Part shown: positions 1 to 9,000 of the stretch, piece by piece
Numbering within the stretch: the first letter of the stretch is position 1
Layout: the number at the start of each line of letters is the position of its first letter
Assembly (NCBI GenBank): GCA_964468415.1
Contig: CAYXUS010000246.1
Coordinates: 1-21,391 of the forward strand
DNA length: 21,391 nt
Direction of reading: 5' to 3'
Source of the DNA: an uncultured Caldithrix sp.
GTDB taxonomy: Bacteria; Calditrichota; Calditrichia; Calditrichales; Calditrichaceae
The notes under the pieces: model-generated
Seen by the model: the letters and a program-made list of their open reading frames with translations, nothing else
The model's database searches: none
Told to the model about the DNA's origin: nothing
Position numbers and translations under genes: made by a program

Positions 1-178
1 TAAAGCGGTTGACAACGAGGATAGCTACGGACAACATTCAATGATCCTTTAAAACCGACCCGTAGCTAACATACCAACCCTTTAAGGGGAATGCACTACC
101 TAAATCTGTAGTTTTTAGGAAGAGGTGGGCTTTTTTTACTTGGATACTCCGCCGATGAATCGGCAGCTATTGGCAAAA

Positions 179-274
179 ATCCCTACGGGATTTTGGGATC
201 AGCCTCCCATATTTGCCATCGAACGAAACTTGTATCAGCCCACCGTTATGATATTCTCCCCATCCCGTAGGGAT
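179..274. repeat. Pair of 13-bp perfect inverted repeats ATCCCTACGGGAT / ATCCCGTAGGGAT (each itself an ATCCC-N3-GGGAT hairpin) 70 bp apart, in a GGGAT-rich structured region upstream of tRNA-Leu
   Basis: Seen directly at 179-191 and 262-274. Additional GGGAT copies occur at 195-199 and 275-279. A CCCACC...GGTGGG pair (239-244 and 302-307) encloses the second hairpin. Confidence 0.45.
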
Positions 275-390
275 GGGATGATATTAACCCGCCAATTCAT
301 TGGTGGGATAATTCTGCACAAAAATTTACTCCACAGGGAACAAATGATTGCTTTCTGCATTTTATTTTAATAAATTTGCACACTGCAAAT

Positions 391-474
391 GCGAAAGTGG
401 CGGAACTGGCAGACGCGCTAGGTTCAGGGTCTAGTGGGCGCAAGCCCGTGGGGGTTCAAATCCCCCCTTTCGCA
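391..474 (+). tRNA. tRNA-Leu (anticodon CAG), type II tRNA with a long variable arm
   Basis: Hand-folded cloverleaf. Acceptor stem GCGAAAG/CTTTCGC, anticodon stem CTAGG/TCTAG with loop TTCAGGG (anticodon CAG), long variable arm TGGGCGCAAGCCCG, T-arm GGGGG-TTCAAAT-CCCCC. Near-identical in architecture to E. coli tRNA-Leu(CAG). CCA is not encoded. Confidence 0.9.
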
Positions 475-480
475 CAACAA

Positions 481-515
481 AAGCCCCGGAATAAATTCCG
501 GGGCTTTTTTATTTT
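481..515 (+). terminator. Rho-independent terminator after tRNA-Leu
   Basis: Perfect stem AAGCCCCGGA/TCCGGGGCTT with AUAAAU loop, followed by TTTTTTATTTT. Confidence 0.65.
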
Positions 516-698
516 CGGGCATTCTGCTTTCTTCTACGGAAGCACCGCTAAACTTAATGCATCCTGAAAAGCCCGCACAAAACCGATTTTGTCAATCAGC
601 CAATAATCACGGGTTTTGTTTTATCGGAATACGCCTAATTTCTTTTGTGCATTCACGACAAAATTCCATCCGGTTTGCTGCATGTGTCATTTGCCAGA

Positions 699-2057
699 CT
701 ATTTTAGCAAGAGGGCCAAAATCGAAAACGCATCGATAATCCAGAGCATGGGCGAAATTTCGCGCCCCTTGCCCGTAAAAAGCTTAATCACCGTCCAGCT
801 TAAAAAACCCCAAATTAGCCCCTGAGTAATGGAATAGGTAAAGGGAATCAAAATCATGGCCAAAAAGGCCGGAATGGCATCGTCGTACTGACTCCAGTTA
901 ATTTTAACGGCCGGTTGCATCATGAACACCCCGACCAGTACCAAAGCCGGTGCCGTGGCCAGCGCGGGAATCACCGAAAGAATCGGGGCAAAAAACATAA
1001 ACGGCAAAAACAAAAGTCCGGCCACAATGGCGGTCAATCCAGTGCGTCCGCCTTCTTCGATGCCGGTAGCCGACTCGATGTAACTGGTTCCGGAACTGGT
1101 GCCCAACAACCCCGAAATGGCCGTGGAAAACGCATCGACAATCAGCGATTCCTTAATGTTTAACGGCTCGCCCTTCTCATCCGTCAAATTGCCGGCTTCC
1201 GCCACGCCGATAAAGGTAGACAAACTGTCGAACATGTCGGCAAACAAAAAGACAAAAATAACCGGCCACATAGCCAGACGCAACGAATCAATGAAATTCA
1301 AATGCAGTACCAACGAAAAATCCGGACGCGAAAACACCCCCTTCCAATCCACCAGTGTAGCCGAACCGTAAAAAGCCGTGGCGTCGCCGTACAAACGCCC
1401 GATGGGAATGGCCATCAGCGTGGTCAGTAAGATACCCAAAATCAACGCGCCGCGTACGCGTCGGGCAACCAGAACTCCCGTGATGAAAAGCCCCAGAGCA
1501 AAGGTCACCGTAATGGCATTCAGCGAACCGAAGGAAAGAATCGTCGCCGGATTGTGCACAATAAAGTGAGCGTTTTCAAAACCGATCAAACTGATGAACA
1601 GACCGATGCCTCCGGCAATGGCAAACCGCAACTGGCGCGGAATGGCCTTAACGATGTACGTGCGCACGTTAAACACCGAAAGTAAAATAAAAATCACCCC
1701 CGACCAAAACACGGTGCCCAAGGCCGTCTCCCACTTTACACCCATGCCCAGCACCACCGAATAGGTAAAAAAGGCGTTTAAGCCCATGCCCGGAGCCAGT
1801 AAAATAGGGTTCTTGGCATAAATGCCCATGGCAATGCTGCTAAAGGCACTCACCAAAACCGTAGCCGTAAGCACTGCGCTAAACGGCATGCCTGTTTTGC
1901 TGAGAATCGACGGATTTACTACAATGATGTACATGCTGGCCAAAAAGGTCGTAATTCCGCCGATGATTTCGTTCCGTAAAATAACACGTTCGTTGGGGCG
2001 TGCAAACCAGAAGGTGTTCATTTCGTCTCTCCACCGTTTAATGAATACACTCGTCAC
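699..2057 (-). CDS. NCS2 family nucleobase permease (AzgA/PbuG-like guanine/hypoxanthine/adenine permease), multi-TM
   Basis: Protein-level resemblance to AzgA-type permeases (GITTFLASMYIIVVNP..., Gly-rich TM segments). The likely true start is the internal Met at 2021 (MNTFWF...), which follows GGAGAG 5 nt upstream. The ORF-track start at 2057 lacks an SD. Confidence 0.85.
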   Translation of the reverse strand: MTSVFIKRWRDEMNTFWFARPNERVILRNEIIGGITTFLASMYIIVVNPSILSKTGMPFSAVLTATVLVSAFSSIAMGIYAKNPILLAPGMGLNAFFTYSVVLGMGVKWETALGTVFWSGVIFILLSVFNVRTYIVKAIPRQLRFAIAGGIGLFISLIGFENAHFIVHNPATILSFGSLNAITVTFALGLFITGVLVARRVRGALILGILLTTLMAIPIGRLYGDATAFYGSATLVDWKGVFSRPDFSLVLHLNFIDSLRLAMWPVIFVFLFADMFDSLSTFIGVAEAGNLTDEKGEPLNIKESLIVDAFSTAISGLLGTSSGTSYIESATGIEEGGRTGLTAIVAGLLFLPFMFFAPILSVIPALATAPALVLVGVFMMQPAVKINWSQYDDAIPAFLAMILIPFTYSITQGLIWGFLSWTVIKLFTGKGREISPMLWIIDAFSILALLLK

Positions 2058-2069
2058 AAACTGAAATAT

Positions 2070-2150
2070 TCGAAAGAAGATGCGGGAGCTTAAGTTTTCC
2101 CTCCTCGCATGCCCGGTTTAATTGGCCTTAAAAGCGTTTAAATGCCGGGC
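2070..2150 (-). promoter_or_regulatory. Leader structure of the permease mRNA: two consecutive hairpins then a U-tract (attenuator or riboswitch expression-platform-like)
   Basis: On the minus strand, 5'-GCCCGG...CCGGGC (2150->2111), then AUGCGAGGAG-12nt loop-CUCCCGCAU (2110->2080), then CUUCUUUCG. This ends about 49 nt before the 2021 start codon. No gene lies upstream on this strand that it could terminate. Confidence 0.3.
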
Positions 2151-2160
2151 GGTTAATCTA

Positions 2161-2180
2161 AAGCAATGTGGGCATTGCTT
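2161..2180. promoter_or_regulatory. 20-bp perfect palindrome AAGCAATG-TGGG-CATTGCTT in the divergent permease/fumarase intergenic region (candidate operator)
   Basis: Seen directly in the sequence. 8-bp arms with a 4-bp spacer and no flanking T-tract, so an operator is more likely than a terminator. Confidence 0.3.
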
Positions 2181-2290
2181 TACAAGGCAAAATTAACCAA
2201 ATCTTCCGCCTCATTCAAAAAATCGCAAAAATCTCCGATTGCCAATTCTCCTGAGTTTAATACAAAAAACAGACAAAAAAACGCCTTGAC

Positions 2291-2333
2291 TTTGTTGCAA
2301 ATAATACCGATTTTGCCCCGACTTTGAGACAAA
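2291..2333. promoter_or_regulatory. Two TTTG-N3-CAAA palindromic boxes (TTTGTTGCAAA, TTTGAGACAAA) 32 bp apart, each preceded by GACT
   Basis: Seen directly. GACTTTGTTGCAAA at 2288-2301 and GACTTTGAGACAAA at 2320-2333. The spacing equals three helical turns. Confidence 0.3.
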
Positions 2334-2448
2334 AATTAAACAAAGGGCGCTCGTAATAAGTGCAAAGACCTTCCCCCTTTTATTTTCGCTTTTATCTTTG
2401 TGTTTGTGTTTTTATTTTGTAAATTTTACCGATTGAAAGCAAAGGACA

Positions 2449-2468
2449 AGGCATTAAAAGGCATTAAC
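2449..2468 (+). repeat. Perfect tandem direct repeat AAGGCATTAA x2 immediately upstream of the fumarase-alpha RBS
   Basis: Seen directly at 2449-2458 and 2459-2468. The SD AGGAGA follows at about 2472-2477. Confidence 0.5.
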
Positions 2469-2485
2469 TTGCAGGAGAAAAACTC

Positions 2486-3355
2486 ATGGAACTGAAGGAA
2501 GCGCTTTTAGAACTGATTCGCCGGGCGGCAACGGATCTTCCTCCCGATGTGGAAGCGGCGCTGCAAAAAGCGTACGAAAAGGAAGACGACAATACCCCGG
2601 CCAAAAACGTGTTTGCAACCATTTTGCAGAATGTGAAAATGGCACGCGAACAAAGTACCCCCATTTGTCAGGATACCGGCTCGCTGGTTTTTTACATCGA
2701 CTTTCCCGTGGGGCATGCCGAAAAAACCTACCGCGAAGCCATTGAATGGGCGGCTGTCGAAGCGACCAATCGACAATATTTGCGCCCCAATGCCGTTGAT
2801 CCGGTCACCAATAAAAACAGCGGAAACAACCTCGGGGTTAACGCCCCTTACATTCACTTTCACCAGTGGGATAAAGACGAGGTGCGCATCCGCTTGCTTT
2901 TAAAGGGCGGCGGCAGCGAAAACGTAGGCTCGCAGTACAAATTGCCCCACGCGCCCATCAAAGCGGGACGCGATCTTGAAGGCGTGCGCAAAGTTATCAT
3001 TGATGCCGTGACCAACGCGCAAGGTTTGGGCTGCGCACCCGGAACCATTGGCGTGGGCATTGGCGGCGGGCGTGATACCTCGTACGCACTTTCCAAGGAG
3101 CAGTTTTTCAGAAAAATGGGACAGCGCAGCGAAAACAAAGAACTGGCCGAGCTGGAACTGCGCCTGTTAGACGAACTGAATCGTCTGAACATCGGTCCCA
3201 TGGGCTTTGGCGGAAAAACCACGGTACTGGATGTGTTTATTGCCGCGCAGGCCCGCCACCCGGCGACTTTTTACGTTTCCGTTTCGTACAACTGCTGGGC
3301 CTACCGCAGAAAAATGTTGACCATTAAAAACGGCGAGGTGGAATATGACGATTAA
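2486..3355 (+). CDS. Class I (Fe-S) fumarate hydratase / L(+)-tartrate dehydratase alpha subunit (FumA/TtdA N-terminal catalytic domain type)
   Basis: 289 aa with the conserved Fe-S hydro-lyase alpha-subunit pattern (PICQDTGS..., GGGSEN, GIGGG). AGGAGA SD 8 nt upstream. The stop overlaps the next ORF's start. Confidence 0.85.
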   Translation: MELKEALLELIRRAATDLPPDVEAALQKAYEKEDDNTPAKNVFATILQNVKMAREQSTPICQDTGSLVFYIDFPVGHAEKTYREAIEWAAVEATNRQYLRPNAVDPVTNKNSGNNLGVNAPYIHFHQWDKDEVRIRLLLKGGGSENVGSQYKLPHAPIKAGRDLEGVRKVIIDAVTNAQGLGCAPGTIGVGIGGGRDTSYALSKEQFFRKMGQRSENKELAELELRLLDELNRLNIGPMGFGGKTTVLDVFIAAQARHPATFYVSVSYNCWAYRRKMLTIKNGEVEYDD

Positions 3356-3932
3356 ATTGAAAACTCCGATTTCGGAAGAAGAAATCCGAAAATTGCACAT
3401 CGGTGACACGGTGCTTCTTTCCGGTGTCATCGTCACCGCCCGCGATCAGGCGCATAAATTGATGATCGAAGAACGTCCGGATTTCATCCGCAAATACTTG
3501 AAAGAATCGGTGATTTACCACTGCGGTCCGGTGGTACGCCAAAATCCGGACGGCACCTGGAAATTTGTGGCCGCCGGTCCCACCACTTCCGCTCGCGAGG
3601 AACCGTATCAGGCCGAGGTGATCAAGGAATATCAGGTGCGCGGCGTCATCGGCAAAGGTGGCATGGGGCCCAAAACGCTGGAGGGCCTGCAAAAGTACGG
3701 CGCCGTGTATTTCCACGCCGTGGGCGGGGCCGGAACGCTAATCGCCAATGCCGTCAAGCGCGTCATCGACGTTTTTAAGCTGGAAGAATTCGGTACACCC
3801 GAGGCTTTTTGGGTAATCGAAGTGGAAGATTTTCCCTTGGTGGTCACCATGGATTCGCACGGCAACAGCATGCACAAAGAAATTCTGGAACAATCGAAAG
3901 CCAAGGCCGAAGAACTGATGGGCCTGAAATAA
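3345..3932 (+). CDS. Class I fumarate hydratase / tartrate dehydratase beta subunit (FumA C-terminal domain type)
   Basis: 195 aa. GKGGMGPKT...AVGGAG is typical of the beta subunit. Its start ATG lies inside the ATGACGATTAA overlap with the alpha stop (translational coupling). GAGGTGG SD. Confidence 0.85.
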   Translation: MTIKLKTPISEEEIRKLHIGDTVLLSGVIVTARDQAHKLMIEERPDFIRKYLKESVIYHCGPVVRQNPDGTWKFVAAGPTTSAREEPYQAEVIKEYQVRGVIGKGGMGPKTLEGLQKYGAVYFHAVGGAGTLIANAVKRVIDVFKLEEFGTPEAFWVIEVEDFPLVVTMDSHGNSMHKEILEQSKAKAEELMGLK

Positions 3933-3958
3933 ATATCCAATCCTTTTGGGAATATTTA

Positions 3959-4001
3959 CCCCCTTTGTTTTCTTTCATGAAACGAAGGGGGTTTTTTATT
4001 T
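3959..4001 (+). terminator. Rho-independent terminator after the fumarase alpha/beta genes
   Basis: Stem CCCCCTTT...AAGGGGG with a 17-nt loop, then TTTTTTATTT. Confidence 0.6.
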
Positions 4002-4040
4002 GTTTGCAAAAACGCCAATTGCCGCGAAAGGAGACAAACC

Positions 4041-5435
4041 ATGCGCAAGGAAAAAGACGCTCTGGGCGAAGTTTTCGTACCGGATGACAAATATTACGGG
4101 GCACAAACCCAACGGGCACTAAAAAATTTTATGGTGGGCAGTGAACGGTTTCCGCCGGAATTCATTCGTGCCCATGCCATCGTAAAAAAGGCGGCCGCAC
4201 GGGTAAATGCCGCTCTGGGCGAGCTAAACGTACCCATCGCCCGCGCCATCGAACAAGCCGCGGATGAGGTGATAACCGGTAAGCTAAACGATCACTTTCC
4301 GCTGGTCATCTGGCAGAGCGGCAGTGGCACGCAATTTAACATGAATGTCAATGAGGTAATCGCCAACCGGGCCAGTGAAATTTTGGGCGGACGTCCGGGT
4401 GCCAAGTCGCCCGTGCATCCCAACGATCACGTAAACATGGCACAATCCACAAACGACACGTTTTCCACCTCCATGCACATCGCTTCTGTTCTGGCGTTAA
4501 AGGAAAAACTGCACGGTGCGCTGGTCGCCTTCGAAAAAGCCTTGCAGAGCAAAGCGGAACAGTTCAAAGACATCATTAAAATCGGCCGGACCCATTTGCA
4601 GGACGCCACACCGCTTACGTTGGGGCAGGAATTTTCCGGTTATGCCGCGCAAATACATGCGGCACACGAAGTCATTCGCGGTGTACTACCCCTTTTGAGC
4701 GAATTGCCGATCGGCGGCACGGCAGTAGGTACGGGGTTAAACACCAAAACCGGTTTCGATGAAATGATGGTGGCGGAAATCACACGTCTTACCGGCCACA
4801 CGTTTAAAGTGGCGCGTAACAAATTTGCCGGTTTGGCCGCACACGATGCCCTGGTGGCGCTCTCCGGCGCTTTAAAAACGCTGGCTGCGGCGCTGATGAA
4901 AATTGCCAACGACATCCGCTGGTCGGCCAGTGGCCCGCGCAGTGGCCTGGGCGAAATTATTTTACCGGCCAACGAACCGGGTAGCTCCGTTATGCCCGGA
5001 AAAATAAATCCCACGCAAAGCGAAATGCTCACGCAGGTGGTTTGTCAGGTGTACGGCAACGATACTACGATTTCCATGGCCGGTTCACAGGGTAACTTTG
5101 AGCTGAACGTGTTTAAGCCGGTTATTATTTTTAATGTGCTGCAATCCGTTACGTTGTTGGCCGAGGCCATGAATTCGTTTCGCGAAAAGGCGCTTGAGGG
5201 GCTTGTGCCGCATGTTAGAAACATGGAACACCATCTAAAAAATTCGCTGATGCTGGTAACCGCATTGAACAAACACATCGGTTACGACAAAGCGGCGGAA
5301 ATTGCTTTAAAAGCCTGGCAGGAGGACAAAACGCTCAAGGAAGCGGCTGTGGAATCGGGCTATGTGAGCGAGGATCAGTTTGACCAATGGGTAAAACCGG
5401 GAAAAATGATCGGGCCGGAAGAGAGGACAGAATAG
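4041..5435 (+). CDS. fumC: Class II fumarate hydratase (fumarase C)
   Basis: 464 aa. It carries the fumarase/aspartase-superfamily signature GSSVMPGKINPTQSEML (FumC-type, not the AspA-type PAKVNP) and a C-terminal half closely matching the E. coli FumC pattern. AAGGAG SD. Confidence 0.9.
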   Translation: MRKEKDALGEVFVPDDKYYGAQTQRALKNFMVGSERFPPEFIRAHAIVKKAAARVNAALGELNVPIARAIEQAADEVITGKLNDHFPLVIWQSGSGTQFNMNVNEVIANRASEILGGRPGAKSPVHPNDHVNMAQSTNDTFSTSMHIASVLALKEKLHGALVAFEKALQSKAEQFKDIIKIGRTHLQDATPLTLGQEFSGYAAQIHAAHEVIRGVLPLLSELPIGGTAVGTGLNTKTGFDEMMVAEITRLTGHTFKVARNKFAGLAAHDALVALSGALKTLAAALMKIANDIRWSASGPRSGLGEIILPANEPGSSVMPGKINPTQSEMLTQVVCQVYGNDTTISMAGSQGNFELNVFKPVIIFNVLQSVTLLAEAMNSFREKALEGLVPHVRNMEHHLKNSLMLVTALNKHIGYDKAAEIALKAWQEDKTLKEAAVESGYVSEDQFDQWVKPGKMIGPEERTE

Positions 5436-5856
5436 AAAAAGGGCCAACGAGCAATTTTGCCATTGACCCTTTTGGGAGGAGGAGCTATGCGTTTCATCAT
5501 TTAATATCGACTTCTACCACACAAACCTTAAGTTCTTTTCTTAACTGGTTAAAATTTTTACGTTTTTTTTCGGGCAAAAGTTCGCGATTTTGGAATATTT
5601 AACGGAACTGCTCCGTTTCCGTTCCCTAAAAAAGAAAATTTTCGGCGTTTTTCTGTCCATCTGCTAAAAAGTCGGTCGGTTACCAACCTTTGCAGGCAGA
5701 GGCCCAAATTGCAATGAGACGAAACCTATCCGAAAAATTAAAGTTAAATGATAGAATTTCGATTATGGAAAGCAAATGTGTGGTGTGACCATTGTCATGG
5801 CACATTTCGAGTGAAATGTCGATCTTGGCACTGAAATTAAAACAAGGAGAAAAGCC

Positions 5857-5919
5857 ATGAAGATTAAAATCAAGGCAAAATACAAAATTAAAAGCATGAA
5901 AGCCCATTTTTCCCGATAA
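5857..5919 (+). CDS. Candidate SD-led small ORF (20 aa, MKIKIKAKYKIKSMKAHFSR), Lys/Ile-rich
   Basis: AAGGAGA 6 nt upstream of the ATG. It sits in a 570-bp intergenic region that ends in a strong plus-strand terminator. Nothing homologous is recognised. Confidence 0.2.
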   Translation: MKIKIKAKYKIKSMKAHFSR

Positions 5920-5977
5920 ACATCCTATTAGGAGAGGTTCACCCATCTTCCATATACCCACTCCTCCCAAAAGAATC

Positions 5978-6012
5978 AAGGCATCCTAATTTTAATGGAT
6001 GCCTTTTTTAAT
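5978..6012. terminator. Bidirectional intrinsic terminator (GGCATCC-loop-GGATGCC) after the giant minus-strand gene and a short plus-strand transcript
   Basis: 7-bp perfect stem flanked by TTTTTTAATTT on the plus strand and a T-rich run on the minus strand. The giant ORF's stop lies immediately adjacent at 6013-6015. Confidence 0.55.
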
Positions 6013-9000
6013 TTACCCGTTTTCGCCGGTAAGACGGGCAATCTGCAAAATGTAAAAGCGCAATTGCTCCTGTTCTGCGGATGAAAGGGGCTGTTGCTCA
6101 ATTTTAACAATACGCTCCACATCACGCAAAGCACGCATTACATTTACCGGTAACTCCCCCGCTGCCTGTGCCTGATGATTCAAATAGTGCATGGCGGCCA
6201 GTAGAAATTGTTTTAGATTGTCGTCCGTAACATTGCGCAGCCCCGAATGAAGCTGGCTCAAAACCCGTTGATCCGTGCTTTGAAACGGAATCCCGTTTGC
6301 CGCCTGATTTTTTAAAAGCACCTCAATAGCCTGACTTAGTTGAACAAAACTTTCTACCTGCCCGGCGACTTTTTCTCCGATCAACTGCCAGATTTCCTTT
6401 CGCCAGTGGCGCACCTTTACGGGAATACGCAACAAATGCTCGGTTTGCCGAAGCCAGGCTTCGTCCGGAGTTAATGTAGTATCCTTTCTGCCAAGTAAAA
6501 CATCGGGCTCGGTATTAAAGAGATTCTCTTGTAAAAGAACCGCCAAATCGGGACGCAAGGTCGGCAAAAGTTCGCTGCGGAACGCCCCGTTTTCAAAGAA
6601 GTCACCGACGGGCAACCCGTGTCTCCTGACTAATTCGACCTGGAAAAGCGGGATGAATTCGTGCATTAATTTCGTGTCTTCGTGCAGGGCAAAAAGGGCG
6701 CTATTGCCGGCCGGGAACAGCGGTTCCAGATTTCGAAAATGCTCCAGATCCACATCCTGATACAAACGGAGCGTGTTCAAAATTTCGTACACGGGCAAAT
6801 AGGGCAAAATACGTTCTTGCAGTGCAAATTGTTGCGGCATCACACTTTGCTGGTCGTTGGCAAATTCTTTTAAGGCCCGGAACAGTCCGGTCGTTAACTG
6901 ATTGATCCCCAAAATCATTGTCTGGGCCCGGTTGTGCCCAATAGCGCGCAATAACGTACCGTGTTTGGAAAGCGGGAGCACTCGGGTGAGACGCTCTACT
7001 ACCTTCTGCCCCACATCCGCCTGCGAAACATTGCCCGGGCGAATTGTCGGACGATCTCTAAACGAGGGGGTCATGCGCGAAACAAAATAGGAGACAATGT
7101 GGATGCCCACCACATCTTCATCTCGCCCGTACACAATTTGGCGAAAGTTTTCGGAGGCAATCTGCAGAAATTTGTCGTACATGGGGTCCGACCAACCCAG
7201 TGTCAGACGCCGTAATTCCTTTTCCCCTTTTTCGTGATATTGCAGGCGTGTGGAAATGAGCGGTTCACCGGCATGGAGCAACTCCTGATCGTGGTACTGC
7301 TGCTGAAGTTTTACATGGTACAGAGTGTTGGCTCGCTCGCTTGCCGGCAACATGCGCAGTTTTTCCGAAATCGTACTTTGAAAGGTTCGCAGGTCGCCAC
7401 TGCTAAACACTCCACGTAAAGGGGTAATCGCAAATTCCGCGCTTTTGGCGGCTGGCGGAAGTAACAATTGGTTTAGCTGCTGCTTGTTTCTGTGGTTTAA
7501 CAGGAACGCAGGGGTGCTGCCTATTGCGTCGTAAAACCCGCCCTGGCGTTGCATGGGTTCTCCGCTTCCCAATTTCAACCGCACCTTCCCCAACAACCCC
7601 TTTTGTGCCAGCCATTTGACCACTTTAAACTTGGTTTCTTTGTACAATTGGGCGGCAAGGGCCTGCCCTACCTGCTGGCTTAAATCGGAACCAGCTACAA
7701 ATATTTCGCAGAGCATCTGGCTAAAACGTTCCTCCGGCGACTGGGATGTGGCCCGGTGACTTTGCACGTAGTTCCACAATTCGTTCAGATAGGTCTCAAT
7801 GCGCTTGACGACGTCATAATCTTCAAAAAGAGGGATGACCCAAATGTCGGGGAGAGCTGTCCTGGGCGAACGACGCAATACGGCTTCTTTGCGAGCACGT
7901 AATTTTTGCTCCAGGCGGATCAACGCTTCGGTTTTGCTGGTCATGCTGACCTGCAGGGCCAGAATGAGGCCGGCGTTACCGACATCTCCGCCCAGTTCGT
8001 TAATCTCGGTCAGGTTGAATACTGTGGTGTCAATGGCAAAGGGATCGACCGAGGTAATCATGTTTTGATGAATGCGCGGTGTTAACACAAATCGTTTGAG
8101 TAAATCACGGTAAAATCCTACCCGAAAAAGTAATTCGGGATTATCGGAATGCTTGAGGATGGCCGGAATGGAAGCGTGCAATGCCTTGCGTAATTTTTTG
8201 TTCAAAAGGAAATATTCTTCCAGCCCTTTTCGCCGCTGATTGCGGAGCTGACGCATTTTTCGTTCGAGGCGGTCGTTGTGCGTCCAAAGGGCCGTTAACG
8301 GATCTTGAGCGATGCCTAATTTCATTCCCAGGCTGCGCCAAAAACCGGGCCGTGTTTGCGCCGGAAGTAAACTACGATAGCGTTTTTCCAGTTGGTTGGT
8401 AAGTGCGGTAATTTCGTTTAGTACTTTCCAGAATTTTTCCCGACGTCGCGGGAGTTCCTGAAGGGCCGTGCGTAGTTCCGGGTCTAAGTCCAAATCGTTC
8501 TCCAGAGAGAGAAGCAATGTCAAAATGTTTGCCAAACGGCTTACGTTTTCGATAACAACAGCCCCAACCAAACGGTGGCCCTGACCGGAAGGCCGTGTGC
8601 TGCCGTCCCAGTCTCCCCAAAAGGAGAGAAAGGCGGGTACTTGTTCTCCTTGTAATTCGGCCAGAATTTCTGCCTCGACAAAGGCGTTTAGGTCCTGAAG
8701 AAGCTCGTCAGCTTCTTGCACGGAATTAATGGGCACCGTCTCGCCAAAAAACTCGGCAACTAATTCTCGAGCCAGCTTTTCCAGTACCCCGGGCGATGGC
8801 CGATGCCCCCGGAGAATGGTTTGCATGAGGTTGGCCGCCTGAATATCCACGGAAAGCGCATACATTTGTGTGGGATGAACCGTGCGATCCAAAATGCGTT
8901 TGCGGAAACGCTGCTGCCGCGAGGCCAAATTGTCTTTGTAAAATTCGCGTTGCAACAACTCTTGCAAATAGGCATTGCGCTGTTTCTGCTCCATGAATCG

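Noticed and set aside
125-370. 81-aa plus-strand ORF upstream of tRNA-Leu
   Set aside because: No SD and no recognisable protein features. It overlaps a hairpin- and repeat-dense region, so I treat it as non-coding structured DNA/RNA.
915-2064. Several 60-90 aa plus-strand ORFs (915-1163, 1099-1371, 1378-1569, 1822-2064)
   Set aside because: They lie antisense within the well-supported permease CDS and have Arg/Lys-rich low-complexity translations typical of out-of-frame reads.
391-2100. tRNA-Leu as a genomic-island integration site
   Set aside because: No integrase, no direct repeat of the tRNA 3' end, and no mobile-element genes anywhere in the window. Flanking genes are ordinary metabolic genes.
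2380-2460. Bacteroidetes-type promoter (TTTG / TAnnTTTG) in the T-rich stretch upstream of the fumarase
   Set aside because: The genes in this window use clear Shine-Dalgarno sequences, which argues against a Bacteroidetes-style expression system, and no exact TAnnTTTG match is present.
2058-2485. Canonical purine (xpt/pbuG-type) riboswitch upstream of the permease
   Set aside because: I searched the minus-strand leader by eye for the conserved purine-aptamer loop and junction sequences and did not find them. Only the generic attenuator-like hairpins are reported.
2464-3940. Minus-strand ORFs antisense to the fumarase alpha/beta genes (2464-2664, 2507-2863, 2860-3222, 3167-3436, 3324-3716, 3632-3940)
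   Set aside because: The sense-strand genes have strong homology signatures, and the antisense ORFs have no SD or motifs.
5680-5979. 99-aa minus-strand ORF in the fumC/giant-gene intergenic region
   Set aside because: It would start inside the terminator hairpin, has no SD, and its Cys/Phe/Asn-rich translation looks random. The plus-strand small-ORF/terminator interpretation is preferred.
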